A stretch of DNA of 64,000 nucleotides from Takakia lepidozioides (taxonomy: Eukaryota; Plantae; Bryophyta): contig CM060733.1 of NCBI GenBank assembly GCA_030704615.1, forward strand, positions 52,390,001 through 52,454,000. The letters run 5' to 3'. Positions 25,088-39,312 of this stretch are shown here, piece after piece; position 1 is the first letter of the stretch; the number at the start of each line of letters is the position of its first letter. The notes below the pieces were generated by a model, which was given only the letters and a program-made list of their open reading frames with translations, did no database searches and was not told the origin of the DNA. Both the position numbers and the translations under genes were made by a program.

Positions 25088-25744
25088 CCATCCATGAGTA
25101 TCTCACACAATTTGTCAGTAATTCGCTTGAAAACAAACATTGTAGAAGTCTTGTGCATGTCTACGGCAACTGCAAATAGATCAATGAAGACACCGATTGG
25201 CATGAACCACGAGGTATGGGTCTGTTTGCTGCCTATGTTAGGTTTCATGACGCTTTGAAAATCCAACCGCAATCTAGCTCGAAAGGCTTCGCTTGTTGAC
25301 CGGTCAGGCAATGGCCACTCGGGTCATCGAAGCTTGGAAGTGGAATCGCAACCATAAAGTTTAGGATGAACAATTGGACAAGCATGAAAGAGAAAGGCTT
25401 TCAGATTCATAGTCAGAGAGTTCTAAACCTACAATTGCAAGCACCCGCGGCAGGTAGGGCGTTCGGATCCAGATCCAATTGCCGCCACATGTATGCATGT
25501 TGCATCCGCACAACAGACACAACTGTAGATCCGGCATTCACTCAATTTTCAACACCTTTGCTTTGTAACAACCATCCATGCTACTACTGCCCCCGTGCGT
25601 CACTGCATCTCTTGCATGACTCCCGTTTCTACCCGACATGAGTGTAACCCAAGAGTTAACCTCAATTTTGGTAGGTATCCACCTTCCACTACTGTCGAAT
25701 GAATTGAACAAAAGAACCCCCTCAACTGAATATAGAGGCCTCAT
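25088..25744 (-). pseudogene. Unknown ORF interrupted by the MULE; continues leftwards from 13794
   Basis: ...ITDKLCEILMDG joins GWDTKIMIGADVVKCIVHRLLLVFRYHI*RSTLYANFQYNR in frame across the TSD. Confidence 0.6.
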
Positions 25745-27359
25745 TGAGATCAGGCTGAAGCAAATGCTCCATTGGCGCCAAGGCTACTGAGCGCTCAAGC
25801 TAGGAGCAACTTTACATTATGAAAATTGCGGGCTCAAGCTAGTATGAACTTTACATTGCGGGCTCGAAACAGTCCTAATGCAACTCTTTCGATTGAAAAC
25901 ATCGTCTATCTCCGACTTCCAAGGCTCAAGGGAGACTCGCGCTCTTCCTCGACAAAGCCACTTGACTGTCAACGGTCACTGGGAGGACCAAAAAACCACA
26001 GCTCTACATATCTTCCCGTCACTTCCTACATGAGTGGCAAGATATCGTATTTCTCAGTTCAAGATTATGCTCAATAATGCCAAGTCCTCGTTCCCCTTCC
26101 TGCAAAAACATGTCACATGTTGACAGTTCCAATAATAACAGTTGGCTTGTTCTTCGAAATTCCAGATGCCAAATCTTCTCGTTTCCTCCATCATGGAAGA
26201 AAGGATGGAAAAACTTTGAAGTCCTATGGTGTGACTATCTATGCATACCTATTGACATACTTCAGCTCCACTTCGTCAGCTGCACCAAAATAATGCTTCC
26301 GAGACATTCCGCAAACATAAGAGTTCATCTAGTTATATAGAAAGCATTTAAATCTTGGGCTGCAAGGCTGTATTACATGGCTGCAATCAGGGCTGCAAGG
26401 CTGTCGAGAATTCAACAGGGCTGCAAGGCTCATACCGATCATCTTATCTTGCAAGGCGGCTGGCAAGCCGCGCTATAACCTCCAGTGACATTTGGGTGCC
26501 TCTGGACCACCTGCACCTACCAAATCCTGGAAGTTTCTGAGTTGCCATGAAAGTGGAGAACTACTTCGTCGTCCGCAGATTCCACTATAGTGAACCCCTG
26601 CTTCTTCTTACTGCAATTTCACCACCGACGGAGGTATTGACGATGATCTCATCTCCAACACTGAAAGCTGGAGTTGGTGGGGCGTCCGATCCAACCATGG
26701 GAAACTGAAAATTCAAGACAATTTCTACCAGTAATTAGCGAAATCGCTACGAACTAAAAGTCAGTTATGCGGAGTTTACTACGTTGGGTCATTGTGCAGA
26801 ACCGATACAACCAAAGAACCAAAGTCCAGATGACTCCACGACTTTAAGAACAGGAAAACGAAGATTGTGTAAGCTCTTGTATTTTAAGAAATGGTTCCTA
26901 ACCAATCTATGAACATCGTCGAGCGAATGTTCAAGAAGGGGCAGACAGGCAAGAGGCGAAGATATTCACTGTTCAACCTCTTTTCCCCACCATCGCCTTT
27001 TTCGGTCGAACGTGCCAACACTCAAACACGTACGTCTCACCGCCGTAGCCCGTTCCCACCTAGCGCTCAGCGCCTGCTCTCTTCGTACTATCTATCATAC
27101 CCCCGCCATCGCATTTTTGGTCAAGCGTGCCACACTCAAACACGCCTCACCGCCATAGCCCGTTCCAACCCAGCGCTCAAGACAACGTTGGCGGGAAGGC
27201 ATCCTCAGGGTGCGGGCTGTCCTCGATCATCATTCGCTAGACCCTGGTAGTGACGGTGGCAGTGGGTGACGTGGATGATGTTCGTCCAACTCAGTTTGGT
27301 GGTTTTTTTCATCCGGTCAGCCCTACGTTTTTCAAAGGCCTATCAAAATAATCAAGGCC

Positions 27360-29535
27360 TTATATAGGCCCCATTCTTCTCCTAATGGGATCTGGCATGG
27401 ATCTAGGGATTTTTAGGCCTGTGATACTATCATTGGAACCAAATAGATGCCCCAGCGAATCTGCCGCAATTAAGAAGAGGAAAGGGGCAAGGGGGCATCC
27501 TTGCCTTACCGACCTGTGTAGAGAGAAAGAGGCAGAGAGGGCGCCATTGACACTGACTTTGCTTGAGGCAGAGAAAAATAAGATCTTAATCCAGCTAAGG
27601 AATTGGCCATTAATTCCAGACTTTTGTAGTGCGCCGAGAAGAAAGGGCCAGTCCACATCATCAAAAGCCAAGCATGAGGAGAGCCAGGGGCTGGTTAGAG
27701 GCCTGAGCATGGAAAGGGCCTCATGAGCCAAAAGGATATTATCTAAAATCAGCCTGTTCTTGAGAAACCCAGATTGCTCCGGGCGACCTGTCCAGTAAAG
27801 GCTGCAACCTGAGGGCCAAGCATTTCGCAATGATCTTATAAGAGGAATTCAACAACGTGACAGGCCTATAGTTCCTAAGGTTATCTCTCTCCCCCTTCTT
27901 GTGTATAAGCGTTATGACTCCCTGGGAGAGCTTGGGTGGTAGGGAACTTTTACGGAGGACGTCTTCAGTCATAGATAGAAAATCGTCTTCAATGCTCCCC
28001 CAAAGAGACTTGAAAACCTCTACAGGTAGACCATCGAGGCCCGGGGTTTTATTGGAGTTGAGCGATTGCAAGGCCCTTTGCAGCTCAGAGCTGGAGAAGG
28101 GAGCGTTGAGCGCAGCTTGATCTGCATCAGTAAGAATCCTAGGGATGGAGGCGAGCACCGATTCCCTGGTTGTCGAGTTATCATCCGAGCGAGGACCTAA
28201 AAGGTTTCCAAAATAATGTGCAGCAAACCCAGCCATATGTTTTGGTTTGGAGACGATCGTTCCATCCTCTAAAGTGAAAAAAAGGATCGAGGTTTTTGCT
28301 TGTCTCTGCTTCATCTTCTGGAAAAAAATATGCAGACATTTTTAAGCGACCAGTTGACTCCGGCTTTGGTCTTAAGCAAATGCTCCTTGTGATTATTGAG
28401 GGCTGCCAGATTTTGCTTGGCCAGCAGCAGAGCATCGAACGTATTTGGACCCACAAGATCGCGTTCAATGAGCCATTGACAATGCAAAATGCATTTTGTT
28501 AAAGCCTTTTCCTTGGCAGCTCTTGCACGGGGCGCTTTGATCGCAATGGCTTGAGCGGTCTTTCTAACGTGCTCCAGCTTCTGCATATAATTCATCACCG
28601 GGGATAGGGAGGAAGAACCAGCGGCAGACCAGGCTGAGGCCATCTCGACTACATTTGGGGGAAACAAAAGCAGGGCAGGGTTGAATTTAGAATAGCCTCA
28701 AGGCGTACATACTAGGAGGAAAGAAAGTGGCAGTCACCTGCGCATGGTCAAAATCCGGGAGGATGGGGAGCTGCATAGCTGGTCTGGCCTATGATCAGGC
28801 CAAAGCAGTGTAGTATATCCTGTCAAGTCTTGCCATACTATCATTTGGGGGAGCCCTATTGTTTGTCCAGGTGAAACGCAATGAAGAACTATCTTTTTTC
28901 CGAATGTCAGAAAAACCAATTGAGAAGCAAAGGGAGTCCCAGGCTGCCTGTTCGTCTGGGGAGAGGGCCTCGACCATAGATCCGAGGCGATCCTGTGAGG
29001 AATCAATCGTGTTGAAATCACCAGCAAACACCCAGTGTTGCACAGTAGGTAAAGAGAGAGTTTTATCACGCAATAGGTTCCAAAAATCAATCCGATCAGA
29101 TAGAACATTCGGAGCGTATATATTCAAGAAGGCACAAGAGCTGAAGGTTGCCGTTGGGATAGTAATAGCCCACTGTACTCTATCCTGCAACCAGGTATCC
29201 ACTGAAGAATGGAAGCTAATAAGGATGGGGAAACTGAAATGGCAGTACCACCACGCGATCCTGTTACTGTAGGGTTCCACCAAGCTGAAGATGACGGCCA
29301 CAAAGCTGAGCCTAGAGAAGAGATTTTTCTGTCGTCCAACTTGTGCTTTTGTAAAAATATAATGGAATTGGAGGAGATCAAGGTAGATGCCCATCTTTGA
29401 ATACGTTTCCTCTTGGGCATTGAGGCATCCGATCCGATACCCCGGATGTTCCACGAAGTGAGAGACTAGGTCACGGAGGCATGAAAGGACAGCACATGAC
29501 ATCATCATGATTTCATAGCTGTGGGAGGGACACAC
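27360..29535 (-). pseudogene. LINE (L1/Tx1-like) ORF2 remnant: AP endonuclease and reverse transcriptase
   Basis: FLNIYAPN, WVFAGDFN, ARLDRIY (APE); KTPGLDGLPVE, NYRPVTLLNSSYKIIAK, SVRQGCPLAPFLF (RT). Frameshifted and 3'-truncated. Confidence 0.92.
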
Positions 29536-30554
29536 TATAGCTTAAAGCCGGATCAAAGGAGAAAAAGGGATCAGCACAGTGCATAATTGAAATTGCAAGG
29601 TCGGAGATAGATATGAATCTAAGATCCAGATAGTCCCTCGAATGTACACGCAGCTGCCTGTCACTCCATGTAAATGGAGAGAAAAATGGAGAAAAAAGCA
29701 CCGTAAGGGAGGAGGTGGAAATGAAAACGTAAAAGAGTTAGAGGCGCGTAGGGCTCACCGCCAAGGGGGAGGGATAGAGAGATCCACAGGCGCCAGAGTG
29801 ACCGAAGGTCCATCGTTCTCAGGGACCGGGAAAATAGCCATATTGGTGTTGCTATGCATCTGCTCGTCATGCTCGTTGACAGGAATAATCGCCAAGTTGT
29901 TGGTGGAATTCAGACGCACCAGGGGCTTGCCGTACTTCTAAGAAAGCAACATCGCCTCCACGAGCGTGACCCTCGCCATATAGGTAGCAACCAGATAAGG
30001 GCGTCCAGACGGGCTTCCAATACTCTGCGGGACACTGTCACCAGTAAGCCAGTTAGCAAAAGTACCATGGGAGGTCATGGGGTGAACATCAGATAGCCTC
30101 ATAAGAGGTAGAACGAAAACAAAGAAAAGATCTTTGTTGGCAGTAGACTTGTAAAGGCGGGAACCAAAGAAAACAGAGGTATCTAAGCTCAGCTGAAGAT
30201 TAGAGATAAATATGTGGAAAATCTCTTGAATCTTAGTGAGAATCAAATCTAGGTCCTTTCTTGGTCTCACATTTAAATTTCCCCCCTACAGGAACCTGCA
30301 CGGATGAAGATTGGCTGCTCCATGAATGTAGCCGTTTCAGTTTCCTTCCCTGCCATGCAAACTATGGGCAGTAAGTGCCAGGTGGGCCTATAGCCACTCG
30401 AGACGACGAAGTCCATCCCCCCTTCGATGTAAATGCGGCGCCAAATTTCCATCCGGGGGATGGACTTCGGTGGCAGATTTCAAACTATACCCCGTGAATG
30501 AGAAAGAGGTATCGGTTCATCCACCGCTGGCGTGATGAACACATTACACGATGA

Positions 30555-31115
30555 TTGGTGGGTACGTGGGACCCAGATGCTCTATTATTGGAGCCCGCAC
30601 TGCTCTTCCGCTTCTCATCATTTCGAAAATCTAAGGGCTTCGTTGTTGTCCGCAAGGTCATTGCCATCGGCAACAAAGACGTCCTCAGGTCCTCCTTTGC
30701 AAGGATGCCGTGCTTCCGGAACCGGGACGACTGCCCTTATGGAGGCTTCGATTATGCAATGTATTCGGCCACATTGGGAGACATCGTTATCTGGTACACA
30801 GTTTACACAGAAGATACTGGTTCGAATGTGGAAACATTGTCCGCTTTTGAGTATATCCCAGGCCACTACGCCATCGGAGAGACGTATACTCCTGAAGGAG
30901 TGCGCTCCTCTTCTCCATTGTATGGGGACATTCGCATTGGTGTGGACGACGAAAACGTGAATCTTTCCATATTCGATGGTGGTATGATTGAAGGGCACGA
31001 CATTGTGGTGAACATCAACAGGGGCGGTACAACGGCTGCAATCCAGTTTACCTGGAGGAGCCCGATGACTCATGAGCTAGTTTTCAGAGCAGTCGAAGTC
31101 CCATTGACAACGTGA
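30555..31115 (+). CDS. Hypothetical protein fragment
   Basis: 186-aa ORF with protein-like composition and no family recognised. Confidence 0.3.
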   Translation: MVGTWDPDALLLEPALLFRFSSFRKSKGFVVVRKVIAIGNKDVLRSSFARMPCFRNRDDCPYGGFDYAMYSATLGDIVIWYTVYTEDTGSNVETLSAFEYIPGHYAIGETYTPEGVRSSSPLYGDIRIGVDDENVNLSIFDGGMIEGHDIVVNINRGGTTAAIQFTWRSPMTHELVFRAVEVPLTT

Positions 31116-31527
31116 CTTGTATTCAGAAGGCACATGGCTAAAGATTTGTTTGCACAATCAACACAGTAGACGTGCTTCAAATGCAATTCATGTGGATCAA
31201 TAAAAACCCCATAGTGCCGTCTTTTTGTTCTATTCTGTATCCATCGTTCCCATAATGCATCATTCCTCATTTCGTTTGGGATTGGGAGTGTGGGTGGATT
31301 TTGCAAGTGGCTGGTAGGCTGAAATGGGCCCCCCATTGTACAGAGCAGTACCACCCTACCATTCGCGAAACATTGCCTTTCAATATGTAATTCTAAAAAA
31401 CATTGCCGAACCTCCTTCATCGGGAGGTCCTTCTCCCCTATGACCATGACACCCTAAACCCTATTCCCGCGGACATTCATTTCCGGGAAATAGTCCTGCT
31501 CATGTTTTTTTCGACACCTACGACTCT

Positions 31528-31573
31528 GCTCATGGCTCATGCCGCGCTCATGGCTCATGGCTCATGGCTCATG
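31528..31573 (+). repeat. (GCTCATG)n short tandem repeat
   Basis: About six copies visible. Confidence 0.85.
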
Positions 31574-31599
31574 AAATAGCAGCCCCCGTCTGGTTGGGT

Positions 31600-34500
31600 C
31601 TGTATAGAATGGGCGTGTGTGTGTTTAAGCAGGGCTGCATAGTTTTGTTGCATTATGGATTTATATATAGTGATGTGATGACTTTGAGGGTAGATAAGTG
31701 GACCATGATGGGTATTAAACACACGGTTTTGTGCAATTGGGCTTTGGTTACTTAGGGGAGTGGGCTGGGTATTGATATCGAAACTTAGCATGACTATGTG
31801 GATGTGATGATGTTTAAAGAGGTTGCTTGGTAACACTTGTGGTCTCCTAGTTTGAAAGTAGGTGTAAGTTGATCATGTAATGAGGAGGTAGTAGTGTGTG
31901 CATGTTTTTGTATTTGTGAAGCTAAGTGGGTTAGAGAGGGGGGGGGGGGGAGGGGGTGGGATGCTTGGCGATAATTTAGTTGGATTGTAGGTTTAAATGT
32001 TTTGGAGTGTGTGAGGTGCTGGCTCAAATGCCCAGATTGTGGCCCTATCAGACTGCTTGCGGAGAACTGACAGGGGTGTGTGGAAGGGTTTGTGGAGCGG
32101 TTGTTATCATGACACGGGCCAGTAATGTGATGTGTTATTGGGGAGGGACTAGATGTGGGGTAGTATTGGCAGTTACATTGGAGGCGAGGAATGGTAATGA
32201 TGTTATGTGCTAGGCTGGCTGATAGTTGCGCTATGTGCTTCGGGATAACTTCCCTTAATTGTCCAATCAAACAGATCACCAGTGGGTATTGTTGCCTTAG
32301 TTTCATGGCATGGGTTGTGATGGATTTTATAGGTGTACTGTTGAATGTGGTATCAGAACATAGGTAATATTCCAATGCTATATCTGCATACAGTAGTTGC
32401 CAGGCATATGGGTATGCGTTTGTTTTCGTAGCATAGGTATATGAGGTGGTTTTTGTTGCAGCCTTGATGTGGATGCAGTTTGTATCAGTACTGGTTGTAC
32501 CTGTTGCGGTGGAGCAGGGAAGTTGCATGAAAGTTGATGTTGGATCAGCTGAGGTATTTTGTGGACAACTAGTACAATTTAATCCATTAGTGTGATGAGT
32601 TGTTGGGGTGAGGACAACATGGATGCGGGTATAGGGCTGCAGGCATTGAGATACAAATTTAGAAGTGATTCTGTAACGACTTTTTGTGTGGAGGCTCCTG
32701 CATTCTTTAATATGAAGAGGTTTGTGTTGTCTAGAAGTATTTTTGCTTCTTAGGGGGGGGCTTTGTGAATGAGGCCTTATTATGTCAAGGCAGTTGGGTT
32801 GTGGGCCACGGCAAGTGGTTTTTTTCTGATAAATAATGAACTGTGTGCATAGGTGTGATTCTGAAGAGGTATTGCTTGCTTGCAAGATTGCAGATTGCAA
32901 GGATGTAAGATTGCTACTGGCATCAATGTCTCTAAAATATGGGGGGCGACATAGTGCTTGTAACTGATAGCGAAGAGTTGGTTCCTTATTTTGGTGCTTA
33001 CCAAGAGTAAGATCGTTAACATGGATAATGCTGCATACTCTAAACTTCATTTTACGGGTTGCCTCTGTGTACTGGATGGTAGTCCAGGCGTAGATAGCTG
33101 GTGACTGGTAGCTATAGATCTGAAGTGGTAGCCTTGGTGGATGCTTTCATGAGATTGAGGAGAATTGTTTTTTTCCTGCAAGGGGGAGTAATATGTGCTA
33201 TTGTGATGAGTGCTGATATCGATTGGGGTTAGTATGTCATCAATGGTAACATAGTGCAGATTCAAGACAAAGGCAAACAAGAGGCATTGCACTATAGATC
33301 TGAAGTGGCAGCCTTGGTGGGTGCTTTCATGAGATTAAGGGGAATTTTTTTGGTTCTGCAAGGGGGAGTAATATGTACTATTGTAATGGGTGCTGATATC
33401 GATTGGGTTTGTACAAGAAGGCAACATAAGATACAATAACTTTGAAGCGAGTTGCTAGAGAGGGAGAAGAGCAACTTAACAGAGTAAGTGGGCGAGTGTT
33501 GCGTAAGCATACAATAAGCGGTAGGAATGTGAAAGAGGTTACTGATTGCGTAACTTACCAGGGGTTGCTTGTCAGTGAGGCGTAATATTGGGTTTAGTGA
33601 GTATGACATAGCTAGCCACAAGATCCTTCGGGCGGGGTCAGATCTCAATCTCCCCTTGTTGTTCTCTGGGCTCCAGCTGAGAGGGGTATCCCTAGCGATA
33701 TATCGTTGAGGGTAGGCGAGGCCTGTACTTTGCAATATCTGAACGTGCATTGTAATCGGGTATTGTTGTGGGTTCTGCTGGGCGCAGGTACGGTTGGCCT
33801 GTGTGGAGAATGGGACTGCTCTATTATAGCCTCCAAGGTCCCAGCAGTCCGGTGCTAGTAGAGTCTGTAAGAGCCAAAAGTTTGCAGTTTGTGTGGAGCT
33901 TGTGTCCCTTCTACTATAGCCACCTGGGTCCCAGTAGTCATGTGCTGGTTGAGTCCGCACGCTCCAGGAGTTTGTGGTAAGTTCAGGTAGAACCATGTCT
34001 TTGCCTTCGCAGCTCGGTGGATAAGGACCATATGTGCTGGTCAGTCTGGTTATTTGGGGATTTCCATTCCTGCAGATGTGTGGCTTGTAGAAGATCGTGT
34101 GAGTCCGTAGTGTAAGTGGCTGCCACGACCATGTGCCAGTGTGTGGTGCCCATAATCGAGTAGTCCACATGTGTCGGGTCTGATCCCCATTCACGGACCA
34201 TGACAGCGCCAGTAGGAAGACCATCAAGCCAAGTGTTGGCTCTGTACCTATATACTCGTTCTTCTTCAAACTTAATCGCTGGGTAGATGACCAAGTCACC
34301 TTCTGTTGCTTGGGCTTGTGCTGTAGGGATGCCAGAGAGCATTTGATGGTGTCCAATGTCGAGCAATCCTCCATGTCCAAACCGCATGAACCGTAGCAGG
34401 GTGGCTCCTTGTCCATGGATGAATTTGTCCAACCATAGCTTGTTAATTCTGTGGTGCTGGTCAGCGTGCGTAGTGGCTCCATCATGGTCTTCGAAATAGA

Positions 34501-35560
34501 TGTCTTTGGATAGTCCAAGCTCCCGCTAGAGCAGGGGCTCTCCTCTTAGCAACTTTCTCTTGATTTCTGTGGGGGGTAATTTGTAGTTGAAACGTTGGTC
34601 AACAATTGTTGTGACTCTGCTGAGGGCTGATGTAGGTGGGTACCGTCCCCATTCAAGTGTCTGAGATCTGGCCTTGGAGGTTAGTTTGTTGAACAGTCTG
34701 TCAGTTGCCAAGTCGGCCAGTACTTCAAACCTATCTAGCCAGACGCTGTCTTCTGCTGAGAACTCAAAGATTCCAATCCATTGTGCTTGATTTACTATCG
34801 TTGGTTGCCCTGAGTCGACAATATGATGAAGTATGCTCTCCTCGTCTTCTAACACTTGGTCTTGGAAAGGATATAGTCCTGGTGGGTAGTTAGGAATTGT
34901 ATCAGAAGATTGGGGACCAGTATCTGATGATGGTGCGTGTCGTGCACAGAATGCGTTAAAAACTCTTTCTTCCTCGGTTGAGTAGCCTGCTGGGTATTCC
35001 TCGCTTGTATTATTGTCTTCAGATCCGCTATGAAGTGAGTCTTGTTCTTGGTTGTTGTGATGTGCTGTTGGAATTGCAAGCGCTGCGCCTATGCCATCTG
35101 GGTGTATGAAGACTCTGGTTGTGTTAGTGTTCCTGCCATATGGCTATTGTGCGTTGTTTTGTATCGTAGCTGATAGCGGCGCGTTGATATGCAAATTTCG
35201 TGCAGAGTTGCTGCTGACCGTTCTGACGTGATTGTCTAAGTCAATGGAGATAGTGAATGCTGGAGTTCCTGCCATAGCGATCCTGTTCGTGTATGACCAA
35301 CAAGCAGAGGGGGGTGTGAAGCCGAGACAAAGATGTGTTGAGCATCGCCACCATAGTTGGATACGTGAGCGGGTAGCATGTTTCAGAATAGCCGAGTCAC
35401 TAAAAGAATATACTAAGATAGAAGGAAAAGTAGCAATATTTAGAGATGACCTAAAAGTTAGCATATAGTTGGGGATGTAGCAGAGATATGCTGACTGGGG
35501 AATTGCGGCGAGTCATAAGAGAATTTTAGGTCAGCAGCAGGAGCTCAGCTTCCACCGCCC
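31600..35560 (-). mobile_element. Degenerate unclassified element, possibly the 5'/ORF1 region of a non-LTR retroelement
   Basis: Chain of broken minus-strand ORFs, strong A/C strand bias and internal duplications. No diagnostic catalytic motif seen. Confidence 0.25.
33112..33407 (+). repeat. About 115-bp direct repeat with a 180-bp period
   Basis: CTATAGATCTGAAGTGG...GCTGATATCGATTGGG at 33112 and 33292. Confidence 0.85.
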
Positions 35561-36092
35561 CCGACCTTCCATGCCACTAAAAATCCAGTTAGTGCACTTT
35601 AATGAGATGCCAAGAGAAAAAGTGCTCCCCCGTTGCCAGTTGGTGTAATTTTGTTTGACTTGTTTTGGGTTAAATTGTTAAGTTTTTGCTATGTTTTATT
35701 GATTTAAAGTTACATCTAGCAGTAGCAAGCTATTCCATGGCCGGTAATCCCAAGTTGAGTTACACTCCCTTCCATGTAACCAACTGTCACCCCGGAGTTA
35801 CACTCCCCTCAAATTCCATGCCACTCCCAAGAGGAGGTGGGGACGATTTGACATGCCCGACTTGACATCCTGTTACCATGTGTGCATTAAGATCTTATTA
35901 CATTATCCCTAGTGTTCTCCATTACTAAATCTTAACATGTAAATAAAAAGTATTTAGTGATTTATATTATCTAAAATATTTATGGTCAACCAAAACATTT
36001 TGAGCGGGCAGCTTCTTCCTCCTTTCGCGTTCTCTACAGTAACTCTGTGTTTGCTTGCTCTGTGCGTGCTATCTTGTTTGCGCGAGGACATT

Positions 36093-36560
36093 ATGTCAGA
36101 AATTGCCGATTCTAGTAGAGGTGAGGGAGCGATCGTCGATACAATGATGAGAGATATCTACAGAGGTTGGGTCAAAGAAAATAGACGAGTTAAAATGAGA
36201 AAGAAGGCAAGGAAAGAGCACAGAACTGGAACGAGTTAGAGATGCATCATCTCTCAGTTGCCAAGAAGATTGAGTGGGAGGCTTGGAAAGGTTCAAATGC
36301 TAGAGGGAACATGATTTTCAACAGAGAAAAATGGGAAAAGATTGTGGCACACCTTCAGAGCAATGGAGTACAAGAAAGGGACATCAAAGGATGTACGCAA
36401 GTGATGAACAAGTATCGGGATATCAAATGACATGACGATCATGCCACAGAATCTTAGGACTATTGGACTATGACAATTCAGGAGAGATGGACTCTTGGAT
36501 TGCCAAAAGTCTTTTCACGCTGGCTCTTCGATGACATGGATTTTCAAGGCGAGAGAGCTT
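36093..36560 (+). pseudogene. Myb/SANT-like (trihelix-type) DNA-binding domain remnant
   Basis: EKWEKIVAHLQSNGV...C..NKYRDIK and YWTMTIQERWTLGLPKVF, with stops. Typical of trihelix or PIF/Harbinger accessory proteins. Confidence 0.6.
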
Positions 36561-37399
36561 GCAATATGCTCAATACTACAGCAAGCAGTATGATGGTAAG
36601 ATCATACCCTAAACGACTTGTAAACTCAGATTCAAAGAGCTCTGGAAAATTCAGCTACCTTGTAAATATAGATTCAATTCTACTGCCTCTCACGGTCCAG
36701 CATACTTCGTCGAGAGCCCCATTGTTGTTGCATGACACAGTGCTGCTGGGTGTGTGCAAGTATACGGGACATTATAACTTGTCACTCATACAACCCACAA
36801 TTGAGGAATAGTGTAGAGGCAGAGATGGTCATATCAGAGGCAGGGAATTAGAGGGAGGGCGGAGGGAGACGGAGGGCAGCAAGGCCATTGCCATAGCTCT
36901 CTTTCTCTAAACTCACTCATCCATCTGGTTAATCCCCCTTCATTCCTTCCATTCAGTAGGGGGTGTCTATATTGTATCATCACGAGCAGCCTTTGGGATT
37001 GTTCTTACCAGTGGGGGGTTCTATTGATTTGCATGTACCCTCAGGGTTTGGATTAGTAAAACTTCAATTGAAAACTTCATAGCCAATGGATGGAGAGAGA
37101 TAGAGAAGAAGTTGTGTTTGGGAGACTCAAAGGGCCCAAGGGAGTGAGAACAGAAACTGAACCAAAGAAGTTCTGGAATACTGAAACAAAGCCAAATAAC
37201 TGCCTAAGCTTGCCATGAAGGCGTATTGCCCTCAGAGAGATGTACTGATAAGAAATGAAATAAATGAAATGGTACTTTATAACGTCCGCGGAAAGCTCAA
37301 AGAGCTTATGGGACAAAATGGGAAAAAAACATGAGGAAACAAAACCAGAGCCAAAAACACTAATGCTCGAGGGACTCTGTTTGCTGTAGCCTTGTGGCA

Positions 37400-38700
37400 A
37401 TAGACCCCGCGCCCAGTTTGGGCAGAACAAAAGGGACCAGAAACTACCTTTGTGGAGGGTCACTCCGGTAGTATGACTTACCTTGATACAAACAATTAGT
37501 TCGGGCTTTCCAGATAAGGCCAGGGCTTTAGGCTCAGCCTCAAGATTTTGACAGTTAACAGAGGTGCCGAGACAATGTTCTTGATTGTCCTGAAGAGGGT
37601 CACTCTCTGGTGAGAATATCCTGGACAGTGTATCAGAACATGGATATTGTCTTCAGACTGCCCACACTTTGGGCAATTACAATCTCCTCTGCCTGTCTGC
37701 ATCTTCTTATTGTTCAAAGGTAGGCTTCCCGCCCCAAGCTTAAATTAAGTAAGATCCTTCACAATAGTGGGACAGTAGCGTTGACAAGGTGAACTTTCTT
37801 CACATAAGATGTGCAGGAGTCTGCGACAGTTTGACTGAATTCTGGTCTGATCATATTGTGTGGATTGTACCCCTAGCTGTTGAGTGGAGTCAGAATCTCG
37901 CTGTGCTCTACAAAAACTGCTTTTACAGTCCGTAGTAGAGGTTGTTCTTAATCAGGGCATGAAAGTAGGATGCGCAAGGTCTCTGTTCCCTGGAGTTTGC
38001 AAGGTACTTGAGAGGGTTGACACTGGCGCTGCTGACCTGATACCAGGTCGTTTTCACAGACCACTCCAAACTCTAGTCCAGACTATTGAGATAAGTTTTT
38101 TTTTCTGACTACGTACAGACACGGGCAGCACACACAAGAGGTCTTTTTGGGTTGATGGTCTGTTGAATCCTCCGTGGGTGAAAGAAAAGCTAGCTGCTTT
38201 CATGACGCAAGGTCCAGGACAACATGGTGAGGGCACCTTCTTCAACACAATCCCTGGAAGTTATGAAAGTCATTGCTCTCTCATAAATGTGATGTGGTTC
38301 GCTTCACCCATCGCAGTTATCCTTCACTAAGTCGGTTTTGCGCTACGTTTCAAAACATGGAAACACCCTTCTGACCACTGCACTTTGGGTATGTTCGACA
38401 ATATGGCTGAACCAGATGTGCTGTCCTGGAATGGATGATCGCAGGACATCCCCAGTATGGTTGTCATATGGAGGCCCTGCTATTTCAATGGAAGGCTTGT
38501 AGCTGGACAATATCACCTTTAAATGGTTCTCTCTGCATGCAGCCACAGTGGCCTACTGGACGAAGGAAGATGCTTGTTTCCATGAGTCAAGATCATGGTG
38601 TCACTGTAACAGTAATGCACGTTGGCTACCTGGTGGACCGTCTTGGAAGTGCAGGGCGTTTGGATGGATAGTGGGGTTGGGATGTTTGCTAGAACAAATA
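37400..38700 (-). pseudogene. Highly decayed LINE ORF2 3' region (RT-associated zinc finger)
   Basis: CPKCGQSEDNIHVLIHCP matches the zf-RVT pattern; surrounding frames are broken. Confidence 0.5.
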
Positions 38701-39312
38701 TAGGCTGTTATTGTCAGCTGCTAGCAGCAAGGTGAGGATATATCTTACATGATTGGTGCAGAGAAAGGGATAGAGTGTGGTCCAGATTCCAAGCACGTCT
38801 TCAGACCCACACACTGTTGCAGCGGAAGAGAAAACAGTATGTAAGCATTCGACATTGATCCTAGCTAAAAGTTTCCAGGACCCTCATGTCAGTGTTGCAG
38901 GCAGGACTGGTGATCCATGACCACTTGTTGTGGATGGTGTACCTCCATTTTGTAACCTGCTATGTCTCCCCTTTCTCAGGCCATGAGCACTAGCTTCCCT
39001 TTGCAGATTGCACTTGGTTATATAACAGTTGAGAACTAAATCAAACTCAATTCCACAAAATAATCATTTGATTCAGATTCGAGCATTTTCCCCTAATACA
39101 TACTATTCCCGTCCCTCCTTTCTAGATCGAGAATCTCTCCTACTAAGAAACTACAACTCCTCTAGCTGTCACCATGTCCACAACCCCTTTGCTTTGAAAG
39201 TGAATTCCGACATGAATCATGAATCTTCCGCATTTTCTTATGCTAAACTCAATCCAACTTTAGCTACAGACTGATGGTTGGTATTGTTATATCTTCAGGA
39301 GTCTTCGTGATG

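Noticed and set aside
30290-30555. F-box-like start upstream of the 30555 ORF
   Set aside because: The resemblance is weak and split across frames, so it cannot be supported without a profile search.
31794-34518. 418-aa and 408-aa minus-strand ORFs as genes
   Set aside because: T/H/Q/P-biased translations of strand-skewed sequence with no recognisable domain; overlapping frames suggest decay.
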